The position numbers were made by a program, and so were the translations under genes. This document shows, one piece after another, positions 40,040 to 48,391 of a stretch of 64,000 bases of DNA. How positions within the stretch are numbered: the first letter of the stretch is position 1; each line of letters opens with the position of its first letter. The DNA comes from Candidatus Micrarchaeota archaeon (GTDB taxonomy: Archaea; B1Sed10-29; JAJRYS01). Below the pieces are notes generated by a model. That model saw only the letters and a list, made by a program, of their open reading frames with translations, was not told the origin of the DNA and made no database searches. The stretch lies in contig CAZBZN010000001.1 in the NCBI GenBank assembly GCA_964496415.1, forward strand, positions 1 to 64,000, given 5' to 3'.

Positions 40040-40093
40040 CTGGGTTGAGGTCCGTAGGACCGAAGTCCTGTAAATGCAGGCTTTTTGAAGCCT
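40040..40093. repeat. Degenerate copy D of the tRNA-trailing repeat
   Basis: TTGA-GGTCC-GTA-GGACC-GAA plus AGGCTT-TTTG-AAGCCT: same architecture, different stem sequences. Confidence 0.5.
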
Positions 40094-40156
40094 TAGGGGA
40101 TTGAGAACCACGTTAGTGGTTCGAACATCCCCTGTCCGTAAACCGCACGCGGTTTA
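40094..40156. repeat. tRNA-trailing double-hairpin repeat, copy C
   Basis: Identical to 37541-37603; 1 nt from the tRNA-Ser discriminator. Confidence 0.92.
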
Positions 40157-40157
40157 A

Positions 40158-40325
40158 CGCGGCGGGGGAGATTCGAACTCCCGTGCCCCGAAGGGCACCA
40201 GCTCTCCAGGCTCACCTCACTTTGTTTAAGTTCACTTTTTAAGCAAAGTGAACTGGCGCAATACCATTGCACCCACAAGGGTGCAAACCAAATGGCTTGC
40301 CATTTGTGGTCTATGCGACCGCCGC
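40158..40325 (-). tRNA. tRNA-Ser(GGA) with two introns: 15/16 (40267-40310) and 30/31 (40211-40252)
   Basis: GCGGCGG/CCGCCGC acceptor, G73, TTCGAAT, variable arm TGCCC-TTCG-GGGCA; removing both BHB introns restores the AGTGGTA D-loop and CCAGC-CT-GGA-GA-GCTGG (82-nt mature tRNA). Confidence 0.92.
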
Positions 40326-40331
40326 ATGTTT

Positions 40332-41165
40332 TTATTTGATAACTTTTTCTGTTTTTATCATTTTTCCTTTTTTCGAATTTATTATTGTTTTTTTATCATA
40401 GAGAGCTGTTCCTATGGCTATAAGTTCTTGCTTTTCATTGATTATGGCTATTGGTGATCCTTTTACTATGTGTCCTTTTAGTTCTATTATTCCTGATCTG
40501 AATACTGGCGCTCCTTTTAGTATGTTTTTTTCAGCAGTTTCTTTTACTATTGCTTTTGGCATTAGTTTTACAGCGTACTCTAAGGGTTTTATTACTTCTT
40601 TTAGTAGCTTTGGATTTTCTTTTTCTAATGCTACCGCGTCTTTTAGTTTTGTTATGGTAATACATTCTTCTTCAGTGAATGGTCCTGAGCGGGTTCTTCT
40701 TAGTTGCAGCATTGTTGTTTTTGTTCCTAAGACTTTTCCAAAGTCTTCAACTAATTTCCTTATGTATGTTCCATGCTGGCAGCTTACTCTGAAAAGATAG
40801 TAGTTTTTTTTCTTTTGAATTAGTTCAAGCTCGTATATTCGTCTTATCCTTATTTTTTTCGAAACAGCTGAAAGTTCAGGTGGTTTTTGGTAGATTTTTC
40901 CAGTGAATTCTTTAAAAAGAGTGTTTATTTTTTCTTCAGGAATTTCTTCTTCTATTTTCATTAGGCAGACGTACTCTTTGTCATGTTTTTGCAGGTATTC
41001 TATTAGTTTTCTGCCTTTTCCTACTAGTATTGGCAGGACTCCTGTTACTTCAGGGTCAAGAGTGCCGCAGTGCCCTGCTTTTTCATTAAGGATTTCAGAT
41101 ACCCATTGAGTGACTTGGGCACTTGTAGGCCCTCTTGGTTTGTCAATTAAAATCAGAGCATTCAT
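40332..41165 (-). CDS. cbf5: H/ACA pseudouridine synthase Cbf5 (TruB family)
   Basis: IDKPRGPTS, GTLDP, YQKPP, GTYIR, LRRTRSGPF, PUA domain. Confidence 0.93.
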   Translation of the reverse strand: MNALILIDKPRGPTSAQVTQWVSEILNEKAGHCGTLDPEVTGVLPILVGKGRKLIEYLQKHDKEYVCLMKIEEEIPEEKINTLFKEFTGKIYQKPPELSAVSKKIRIRRIYELELIQKKKNYYLFRVSCQHGTYIRKLVEDFGKVLGTKTTMLQLRRTRSGPFTEEECITITKLKDAVALEKENPKLLKEVIKPLEYAVKLMPKAIVKETAEKNILKGAPVFRSGIIELKGHIVKGSPIAIINEKQELIAIGTALYDKKTIINSKKGKMIKTEKVIK

Positions 41166-41395
41166 TTTTTCTCCTTTTTCTCTTCTTTACTTTTTTTGGT
41201 TTTTTCTCTTGGTTTTGGTATTTCTTTCGCTTTTGAACTTAAGAGTTCTATGTGTTTTATGTTTATTCTTCTTTCTTTTACTTTTTCACCTACTATTTTT
41301 ACAAAGTTTTCATCAATAACGTCAACTATTACTGCTTTTTTTCCAGCATCTGATCCTTTAACTATCACGCATTCTCTTCCTTTTTCAAGCAGCAT
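41162..41395 (-). CDS. rpl14e: 50S ribosomal protein eL14
   Basis: GSDAGKKAVIVDVID, RRINIKHIE. Confidence 0.9.
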   Translation of the reverse strand: MLLEKGRECVIVKGSDAGKKAVIVDVIDENFVKIVGEKVKERRINIKHIELLSSKAKEIPKPREKTKKSKEEKKEKK

Positions 41396-41924
41396 TATTT
41401 ACCACCTCTTTTATTACTTTTGTTATTTCTTCAGGAGTTAGTTTTGTTGTATCTATGATCATGTCATACAATTCTTTGTCTTTCACATAATCAATTCCGT
41501 ACAATTCTTTAAATTCTTTTCTTTCTATTTCTTCTCTTTCTTTTATTCTTTTTAATGCTTCTTCAACATTTATTTTTTCTCTTTTAGCCACTCTTTTTGC
41601 TCTTTCTTTTAGTTCAGCAGTAAGAAGAATCTTTAAGTCAGCGTTTTTTATTTGAAAAGCACTTAGCTTTCCGTTTATTATGACGTTTCCCTTTTCTGCT
41701 TCTTTTTTCTGCAGTTCATCTAATTTTTGATGGAATTCTTTTAGTTTTTGTTTATCTTGTCTTATTCTCTTCCAGTGTTCTTCAACTGTTAAGCCTTTTT
41801 CTTTAGCAATTTTTTTATGTAATTCACCAACTGTCACTAATTTTAAACCAAGTTCTTTTGCAAGCATTTTTGAAATAGTGGTGCTTCCAGCTCCAGGTTC
41901 TCCGCTTATGGTAATGATCATCAT
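41385..41924 (-). CDS. cmk: Cytidylate kinase (archaeal type)
   Basis: ITISGEPGAGSTT, RAKRVAKRE, YDMIIDT; gene context. Confidence 0.9.
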   Translation of the reverse strand: MMIITISGEPGAGSTTISKMLAKELGLKLVTVGELHKKIAKEKGLTVEEHWKRIRQDKQKLKEFHQKLDELQKKEAEKGNVIINGKLSAFQIKNADLKILLTAELKERAKRVAKREKINVEEALKRIKEREEIERKEFKELYGIDYVKDKELYDMIIDTTKLTPEEITKVIKEVVNNAA

Positions 41925-41929
41925 GAGTT

Positions 41930-42241
41930 TTATTTTTCAACAAACTTTCTATACTTTGGTTCAACTTCTTCTATTTTCATTTCTCCTGCTTTTATTCTTG
42001 CTTTTAATCTTATCACTCTTTCAGCACAAGAATGGCATAGATTTCCAGAGTATTTTCTTCCCGGCTTTTTCTGAGTTTTTGACAGCTTTTTATCAGTGCT
42101 TACTCCGGTTAGTTTTTTCCCACAGATTTCACAGGAAGCATGAGTACTTTTTCTTCTTTTGTAGAAAGTTTTAACTTCTCCTTTAGGTGTTCTTTTCTTT
42201 ATTCTTCTAAGACTTCTGCTTCTTTTTCTTGGTTCAACCAT
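41930..42241 (-). CDS. rpl34e: 50S ribosomal protein eL34
   Basis: RSRSLRR, RTPKG, CEICG, GNLCHSC. Confidence 0.94.
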   Translation of the reverse strand: MVEPRKRSRSLRRIKKRTPKGEVKTFYKRRKSTHASCEICGKKLTGVSTDKKLSKTQKKPGRKYSGNLCHSCAERVIRLKARIKAGEMKIEEVEPKYRKFVEK

Positions 42242-42680
42242 TATTCTTCCCCCTATCTTTTGCCTTGTAAGCTATTTCAAGTATTATCGTTGTTATTAAC
42301 GAAGATAGAATGTATAATCCAAGCCACCCGAACTTACTGTGGAAAGGTAATGGGATTTCAGCTATTACTCCAAGGCTTCCATATCTCATGCTCATGAACC
42401 CAATTATTATCAAAATTGGGATGGTGGTATACATTAATGGTTTCATGCTCATATTTGTTTGCTCTTTCATTAAATCCAATAGTTCTTTATTTATCTCCTG
42501 TAATCTTTTATTTCCTGGGTCGCCTTGCATTTTCTTTAATTCTTTTTGAAGCTCTTTTTGTCTCTTTCTTATTTCTTTTAATTTTTTCTGGTCAACGAGT
42601 CTTTTATTTGCAGCAAAATTTATGAGTGAAATCAACACTCCTAAGGTTATTATTTCAATTCCAGCTTGAGTTATCATCAT
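42234..42680 (-). CDS. DUF106 / EMC3-TMCO1 (Oxa1 superfamily) membrane protein
   Basis: TM helix, coiled coil, MKPLMYTTIP, GWLGLY; conserved position after secY. Confidence 0.85.
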   Translation of the reverse strand: MMITQAGIEIITLGVLISLINFAANKRLVDQKKLKEIRKRQKELQKELKKMQGDPGNKRLQEINKELLDLMKEQTNMSMKPLMYTTIPILIIIGFMSMRYGSLGVIAEIPLPFHSKFGWLGLYILSSLITTIILEIAYKAKDRGKNNG

Positions 42681-42681
42681 T

Positions 42682-44043
42682 TTATCCCCCTATTAATCCT
42701 TTAAGCATTGGCATTAATTCTGCGGCTTGTTGTGCTGCTAATTCTTCATACATCCTGTATAGTATTCCTACTGTTAATAATATTCCAGTACCTGTTCCTA
42801 ATGCTCCTGTTAGGTCTGCTATTACAGCAATTATTCCTACTGTAGCAGAACCAAGAACAGTTATTGCTGGGATGTATCTTTCTAATACTCTTTCTATTAT
42901 TCTTGGGTCTCTTCTGAATCCAGGCACATGCAGGCCTACTTGTTGGAGTTGTTTTGCTACGCTTTTTGAGTCCATACCACTTAGTTCTACCCAGAACTTC
43001 CCGAAGAGTATGCAGAAAATTATCATTGCAAGAGTATAAATTAGTATGTGAAGTACCATTCCAGGGCTTGTTAGTGTGTTAATCATTTGAGTAGGAGTTG
43101 ATAATGCTCCATAGGGTGCTTTTAGATAGTAAGCTATTCCACTTACTGGCTGGTTTTCTACGAAGTTTCCAAGTAGTGGTAGTCCTATTTTCTGTAAGGC
43201 AACACCCCATAATTGGACATTGGCAAATAATGCTGCTGTGAATATTACTGGGATGTTTGAAACGTATAAGAATTTCAAAGGCCATCTTGCTCCGAAGCCT
43301 TTTATTCTTCCAAATGTTAATGGGATTTCTATTTTCATTGATTCAGCATATACGACAAATAAGAATACTAAGATTGTGAAAATTAGTGGGAATAATGCTG
43401 TTTCAGGGATTTGTCCATTAATTAATCCTTGAAGTAATTGTGGGACTAGCCCAACATAGGTTCCTGAGGTTGGAACCCATGATAATGCTCTCCATATTAT
43501 TGTAAATGATACCCCTGCTGCTATGAATAATCCTACTCCAGAACCTATTCCGTATTTTGAAACTACTTCATCTAAGTACATTATCATTAAAGCTGCGAAA
43601 GCTAATTGCAGCATTACTAAGACTTTATTAAAACCAACTGCTGGAACGAAGCCGCTTATTACGTAGACCCCTGCTTCAAAAAAACAGAAGAATATGGCCA
43701 TGAGTTTTTGAAGTGATTGATAATATGCTTTTTGTTTTGGGTCATGAACGTCTATTTTTATTATCCCTGCACCCATTAGTAATTGTAATACTATTGAACC
43801 CATTACTATTGGTCCTATTCCAAGTGTTGCAAGAGTTCCTATTTTTGATGCTGTTACAAGTTGAAGATTTTTAAGAAAATCTGATTGCCTTGTGGCAGTC
43901 ATTCCAACAGGTGTTATTACTCCAAGAATGGCAAAAATAAGTAATGCTATTGCAGTCCATTCTAATCTTCTTTTAAGGCCTGGTTTTCTTTCAGGAGTTT
44001 TTACTTCTGGAATGAATTTCATCAAGGAATTAACAATACTCAA
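42682..44043 (-). CDS. secY: Protein translocase subunit SecY
   Basis: LGIGPIV, YGIGSGVGLFI, YVSNIPVI, GFRRDP, GTGILL. Confidence 0.97.
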   Translation of the reverse strand: MSIVNSLMKFIPEVKTPERKPGLKRRLEWTAIALLIFAILGVITPVGMTATRQSDFLKNLQLVTASKIGTLATLGIGPIVMGSIVLQLLMGAGIIKIDVHDPKQKAYYQSLQKLMAIFFCFFEAGVYVISGFVPAVGFNKVLVMLQLAFAALMIMYLDEVVSKYGIGSGVGLFIAAGVSFTIIWRALSWVPTSGTYVGLVPQLLQGLINGQIPETALFPLIFTILVFLFVVYAESMKIEIPLTFGRIKGFGARWPLKFLYVSNIPVIFTAALFANVQLWGVALQKIGLPLLGNFVENQPVSGIAYYLKAPYGALSTPTQMINTLTSPGMVLHILIYTLAMIIFCILFGKFWVELSGMDSKSVAKQLQQVGLHVPGFRRDPRIIERVLERYIPAITVLGSATVGIIAVIADLTGALGTGTGILLTVGILYRMYEELAAQQAAELMPMLKGLIGG

Positions 44044-44447
44044 CTTTCTTCACCTATGAGAAAGGCTTTGCCTCCTGCTTTTTCTATTTTTTCTTTAGCT
44101 TTTTCAGTAAAGTAATGTGCTTTTATTGCTAAGGGTTTTGAAATTGTTCCTGCGCCAAGAACTTTCTCATAACCATGTTTTGTGACATCAACTTCTAATG
44201 ACCCTTCTTTGACTAGTTTTTCCAATTCTTTTAAGTTTATTGCTTTTGGTTTTTTCTTCAAGCTGTGAAATCCTTTTTTGTATAATCTTTCTGGCTCGTA
44301 TTTTATTATATGGAGTTTGTTTCTTTGCCCTCTTTTCACAGAGCCTCTTCCCATTCTGCTTCCTTTTCCTCTTTTGTTTTTAGTATTTCCTTTACCGCAA
44401 GTTCTTGTTCCACGTTTTTTTGTTATCTTTCTTTTATGCCTTATCAT
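44040..44447 (-). CDS. rpl15: 50S ribosomal protein uL15
   Basis: RGTRTCG, KVLGAG, KIEKAGG. Confidence 0.93.
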   Translation of the reverse strand: MIRHKRKITKKRGTRTCGKGNTKNKRGKGSRMGRGSVKRGQRNKLHIIKYEPERLYKKGFHSLKKKPKAINLKELEKLVKEGSLEVDVTKHGYEKVLGAGTISKPLAIKAHYFTEKAKEKIEKAGGKAFLIGEES

Positions 44448-44468
44448 TCTTACACGCCTCTTGCATTT

Positions 44469-44927
44469 TCATATCATTCTTTCTAATAATTCGTTTATTT
44501 TTTCACCTCTGTACCCGAGGTCTCCTTTCATTGTAAACGGTCTTTTTATTGACTTGTATCCTTTTCTTGGTGGGTGAAGCCTGAAAGGTTGTTTTATTCC
44601 GACATCCTTGAATTTTACTTTTAATGAGTACAAGTCATCTACTGTTATTCCTTTTTCTTTTAAGTATTCTGGAGTTACTTTTTTATCTCCTTCTATTCTT
44701 CCCCATTTGAACAGAAGTTTTTCAAACACATCTTTGCTTATTTCTCCAAAAGTAGCATAGTCTTTTATTTTTTGAAGCATTCCCTTGTAATATTTATTAT
44801 AAGGAACTATCACACAGTTGTTTACTTTTTTAAGTTTAAGCAGTTGCATTGTTCTTTCTATTGGCTCTCTTACACCTACATTTCCTCTTATTCTTATTAC
44901 TGCCATTGGTTTTACTTCCTCATTCAT
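44469..44927 (-). CDS. rpl30: 50S ribosomal protein uL30
   Basis: AVIRIRG, FRLHPPRKG, GYRGEKINELL. Confidence 0.95.
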   Translation of the reverse strand: MNEEVKPMAVIRIRGNVGVREPIERTMQLLKLKKVNNCVIVPYNKYYKGMLQKIKDYATFGEISKDVFEKLLFKWGRIEGDKKVTPEYLKEKGITVDDLYSLKVKFKDVGIKQPFRLHPPRKGYKSIKRPFTMKGDLGYRGEKINELLERMI

Positions 44928-45532
44928 TCATATCCCTTCATTTTTCTTGTATTTTTTAATGCTTCATAGGTTGCTTTTGCAAAGTTGAAGACAGTGCTTG
45001 TTTTTCCATAGCTTTTTGACCAAACATCTTTGATTCCTGCTAATTTAAGTACTTTTGCAGCAGTGCTTCCTGCAACTATTCCAGTTCCTTTTGGTGCTGG
45101 CATTAATTCAATTGTTACTGAGGAGCATGAGCCTTTTACCTTGAATGGGATTGAATGGTTTTCGTTACATCCGCATTGCCAGCTTCCACATCCTCTTCTA
45201 ATACTTATCATGTTCTTTTTTGCTTCTCTTACTGCCTTTTCTATTGTTGGTCTTACTTCTTGGCCTTTTGCAGTTCCTATGCCTATGCATCCGTCTTGGT
45301 TTCCTACTGCTACCGTTATCATGAAAGAACCTTTTCTTCCTGAGTCTGTTGTTCTTTGAACCATTTTTATTTGGAGCACTTCTTCTTTCAGGTTTGGTAC
45401 TAAGTAATCTATTATTTCAGGTTCTAGAATTGGCAGATTTCTTTCATAAACCTGCTCAAGGCTTGTTATTTCTCCGCTTTTTACAAGTTTTCCAAGCTTT
45501 GTTTTTGGAATCCATTCTTTTTCTTCTTCCAT
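44924..45532 (-). CDS. rps5: 30S ribosomal protein uS5
   Basis: WIPKTKLG, RRGCGSW, PAPKGTG. Confidence 0.96.
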   Translation of the reverse strand: MEEEKEWIPKTKLGKLVKSGEITSLEQVYERNLPILEPEIIDYLVPNLKEEVLQIKMVQRTTDSGRKGSFMITVAVGNQDGCIGIGTAKGQEVRPTIEKAVREAKKNMISIRRGCGSWQCGCNENHSIPFKVKGSCSSVTIELMPAPKGTGIVAGSTAAKVLKLAGIKDVWSKSYGKTSTVFNFAKATYEALKNTRKMKGYE

Positions 45533-46011
45533 TATTTCACCTTTTGTATTTCTTCAATTATTTTTTCTATTTCCCTTTTCTTTATTTTTTCATCATTTGG
45601 GAATACTTTTTCATCATGAGGGATAAGCATGCCTGCTTCAACAGCTCCTCTTAATGCAGCAAATACATTGGATCCTTTTACAGGAGTCCTTAGTCCGATG
45701 TCTAATACTGCTTCTTTTATTTGTTTTGCCAGGGCTTTTTTGCCACAGAGCATTCCTGTGAGATATGCTGCTGAAGCATTTCCTTTGTGTCCTGAGTACC
45801 CGTACTTTTTCAGTTCATGAGAAGTTGTATTCACTATTGTTTCATCTCCTTTTGGGTTATATTTTATTATTTGAGCGACTATTTGATTGTTTCCGATTCT
45901 TACAACTAATCTTGGCTTTTTTGATTTAAGCAAAGCAAGTCTTTTTTCTTTGTTTGTTTTTCCTTCCCTTCTTCTTCTTTCTTTTACTTTGTAAGTTGTT
46001 TTATGTGCCAT
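45532..46011 (-). CDS. rpl18: 50S ribosomal protein uL18
   Basis: RRRREGKT, PRLVVR, AAYLTG, LDIGL. Confidence 0.95.
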   Translation of the reverse strand: MAHKTTYKVKERRRREGKTNKEKRLALLKSKKPRLVVRIGNNQIVAQIIKYNPKGDETIVNTTSHELKKYGYSGHKGNASAAYLTGMLCGKKALAKQIKEAVLDIGLRTPVKGSNVFAALRGAVEAGMLIPHDEKVFPNDEKIKKREIEKIIEEIQKVK

Positions 46012-46016
46012 TTTCT

Positions 46017-46454
46017 TCACGCCTTTTCTTCTTTCAATAATTTTCTTTCAGTAACATAAAGTTTTAAGTGTGATTTGCTTCTAAAGTACCCTCCTTTTAT
46101 CATCTTATAAAGTCTTTTATAGTCAGCTGGCTCAAGTTTTGGTTTTAGCTCTCTTAATTGTTTTCTTAAAGCTCTTACTTTTTTCATCCATTCTTCTTTA
46201 GTTCCTTTCTTTGTTTTTTTCCTGCTTCCAGGACCTCTTCTTCTTCCTTTCTTTTTCTGTTCTTCTATTTTTCTTGCTCTTGCTCTGCTTGTTCCTTTTT
46301 CTGGTTTTTTACTTATGGCTCCTTTTTCAACGAGCTTTCTTACGTCTTCTCTTGTCATTGCTTGCGCTGCTTCTTCTGGTTTTTTTACCACTACTCTTGA
46401 AATTCCTACCTTTAGTACCTTTGAGGCTATTCTTTTTACTTGGTTAAGCTCCAT
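46017..46454 (-). CDS. rpl19e: 50S ribosomal protein eL19
   Basis: KRIASKVLKVG, GRRRGPGSRK, WMKKVRALR, KGGYF. Confidence 0.95.
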   Translation of the reverse strand: MELNQVKRIASKVLKVGISRVVVKKPEEAAQAMTREDVRKLVEKGAISKKPEKGTSRARARKIEEQKKKGRRRGPGSRKKTKKGTKEEWMKKVRALRKQLRELKPKLEPADYKRLYKMIKGGYFRSKSHLKLYVTERKLLKEEKA

Positions 46455-46801
46455 TTCACTCCCTTATTTAGAATTTTTATTCCAAGTTCTTCAGCTTTTT
46501 TTATTATCTCAATTCTTTTTTTCTTTCCAACTGTCGCTCTTATTCTAGCAGCATGAGTTTTAGGATTTATTTTTTCAAGGTCATTAACATTACTTACTAA
46601 TACTTCATAATAGCCTGAAGGGTGTTTTCCTCTTACTTCTTTTGGTTGTCTGAAGCCAACAGTTGGCCTTTTACCATAAGATTTTTCTTTTTCTCTTTGA
46701 TGAGAATATCTTCCTCTTGGCTTTCTCCAACTATCACTTACTCTTTTCTTTCTATGTGAATTTTGCCTGTGGAACTTTGGCTTTTTTCTTTTTTTCAGCA
46801 T
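46436..46801 (-). CDS. rpl32e: 50S ribosomal protein eL32
   Basis: KPKFHRQ, WRKPRG, HPSGYYEVLV. Confidence 0.95.
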   Translation of the reverse strand: MLKKRKKPKFHRQNSHRKKRVSDSWRKPRGRYSHQREKEKSYGKRPTVGFRQPKEVRGKHPSGYYEVLVSNVNDLEKINPKTHAARIRATVGKKKRIEIIKKAEELGIKILNKGVKWSLTK

Positions 46802-46805
46802 TTCT

Positions 46806-47324
46806 TCACCCTTTCTTTATTATGAATATCCCGTCTTGGAATACTCTTATGTCTCTTCCTCTTACTCTTGTGGCTTGTTCAATGTTTGCTGCTGTCTGAC
46901 CGACTATTTCTTTATTTATTCCTTTTACTTCAATTATTTCTCCTTTTATTTGAACTTCTGCTCCTGGAAGGATTTTAGCATATCTTGGTTTTTTCTCTCC
47001 GTAAAAGTTTTTTATTACTACTTGGTTTCCTTCTACTGATAAGTTTATTGGAAAGTGCTTGTAAACTGCTTTTAATTTGTAAGTGTATCCTTCAGTTACT
47101 CCTTTTATCATATTTCTGATGTGTGCTGCTATTGTTCCAAGGATTGCTTTTTCTTTCCTTCTTGCATTTTCTTTTGAAAGGATTATTTTACCATCTTCTT
47201 TTTTTACTTCATACTCTAAATCAAAGCTTCTTTTTAACTCTCCTAATTTTCCTTTTACCACTACTTCTTTTCCTTTGAATTCTACAGTTACTTCTGGTGG
47301 CACTATTATCTCAAACTCTGCCAT
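46806..47324 (-). CDS. rpl6: 50S ribosomal protein uL6
   Basis: GKLGEL, NMIKGVTEGY, RDIRVFQDGIF. Confidence 0.96.
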   Translation of the reverse strand: MAEFEIIVPPEVTVEFKGKEVVVKGKLGELKRSFDLEYEVKKEDGKIILSKENARRKEKAILGTIAAHIRNMIKGVTEGYTYKLKAVYKHFPINLSVEGNQVVIKNFYGEKKPRYAKILPGAEVQIKGEIIEVKGINKEIVGQTAANIEQATRVRGRDIRVFQDGIFIIKKG

Positions 47325-47335
47325 TCAAATCACTC

Positions 47336-47719
47336 TTAATAAACATAAGCTAATAGCTTTCCACCTATCTTGTTTTCTTTTGCTTCTTTGTGGCTCATTA
47401 CTCCTTTTGAGGTTGAGACTATCAGGATTCCAAGGTGTCTTGATGGTAAGTATCTTTTCTCCCATTCCATGAACTCGTCTTTTCCAACAGAGTATCTTGG
47501 TTTTATTGCTTTACAGTCATTTATTTTCCCTATTAATTGAACTTTGTATTTTCCACCTCTGCCATCATCAATGAATTCAAATCCTCCAATGTAATTGTAT
47601 TTTTGCATTACCTTTAGAACGTTACCAATGAGTTTTGAAGCTGGCTTTATGAAGCATTCTTTTTTACCAACTGCCTCGTTATTTTTCAAGTTTATCAAAG
47701 CATCTGCTAAAGTATCCAT
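47336..47719 (-). CDS. rps8: 30S ribosomal protein uS8
   Basis: [32 protein letters not shown]; start re-set to MDTL. Confidence 0.96.
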   Translation of the reverse strand: MDTLADALINLKNNEAVGKKECFIKPASKLIGNVLKVMQKYNYIGGFEFIDDGRGGKYKVQLIGKINDCKAIKPRYSVGKDEFMEWEKRYLPSRHLGILIVSTSKGVMSHKEAKENKIGGKLLAYVY

Positions 47720-47723
47720 TTTC

Positions 47724-47894
47724 TCACCCGTACTTTTTGAATCCAAGGGATGCTGCTTTTTCTCTGAAGCATTCTCTGCAGATGAGCAGCCCATATTTTC
47801 TTATGAGAGCATCATTTCTACCGCAGAAAATACAGGCTCTTCCAGGCTCTCCTCTTCTTGGGTACTTGTATTTTTGCTCTGGTTTTACTTTCAT
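47724..47894 (-). CDS. rps14: 30S ribosomal protein uS14
   Basis: Manual translation ...[38 protein letters not shown]. Confidence 0.93.
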   Translation of the reverse strand: MKVKPEQKYKYPRRGEPGRACIFCGRNDALIRKYGLLICRECFREKAASLGFKKYG

Positions 47895-48388
47895 TCTACT
47901 TCAACTCCGAATTCTTTTTTTATGAATTCAATTGCTTCTTCTTTTTTTACAGAATGCCTTTTTGGGTATTTGCTTTTCTTTATTTTTCTTCTTTTTACAC
48001 GGTATCCTTGTTTTCCTATAGTAACGCAAACATCAAATCCAAACATTCCTATTTCAGGATCGTATTTTTCTCCAGGTAGTTCAATGTATTCTTTTATTCC
48101 AAATGAGAAATTACCATTAGCATCAAAGTTTGATTCTTTGATTTTGTTGTCAACTGCTTCCAAGCATTTTTTCAGGAATTCTTTTGCTTTTTTTCCTCTT
48201 AGGGTTACTTTTGCTCCTATTGGAAGTCCTTTTCTTATCCCCCAGTTTGGTATTCTTTTTTTGCTTACTGTTTCAATAGGCTTTTGCCCAGTGAGTTTTT
48301 CAAGTAGTTTTTTTGCTTTTTCAAGTCTTTCTCCAGCAGCTCCTGCGCCAATGTTTATTGTGACTTTTTCAACTTTTATCATTAGCAT
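47891..48388 (-). CDS. rpl5: 50S ribosomal protein uL5
   Basis: EKVTINIG, IGAKVTLRG, GNFSFGI, YDPEIG. Confidence 0.96.
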   Translation of the reverse strand: MLMIKVEKVTINIGAGAAGERLEKAKKLLEKLTGQKPIETVSKKRIPNWGIRKGLPIGAKVTLRGKKAKEFLKKCLEAVDNKIKESNFDANGNFSFGIKEYIELPGEKYDPEIGMFGFDVCVTIGKQGYRVKRRKIKKSKYPKRHSVKKEEAIEFIKKEFGVEVE

Positions 48389-48391
48389 CCC

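Noticed and set aside
40040..40070. Hammerhead ribozyme resemblance (TGA-GGTCC-GTA-GGACC-GAA, like stem II)
   Set aside because: The CUGANGA core, GAAA and stems I/III with a UH cleavage site are not present
40094..40156. HDV-like (theta) ribozyme trailing a tRNA
   Set aside because: The position fits, but I see two simple hairpins and no nested double pseudoknot or G-initiated P1
40093..40278. 61-aa ORF from the ORF track
   Set aside because: It overlaps tRNA-Ser and the repeat and is spurious
37604..40325. Integrated element between the two tRNAs bounded by direct repeats
   Set aside because: The interval holds only core rps13-rps4-rps11-rpoD; there is no integrase and no duplicated tRNA 3' end
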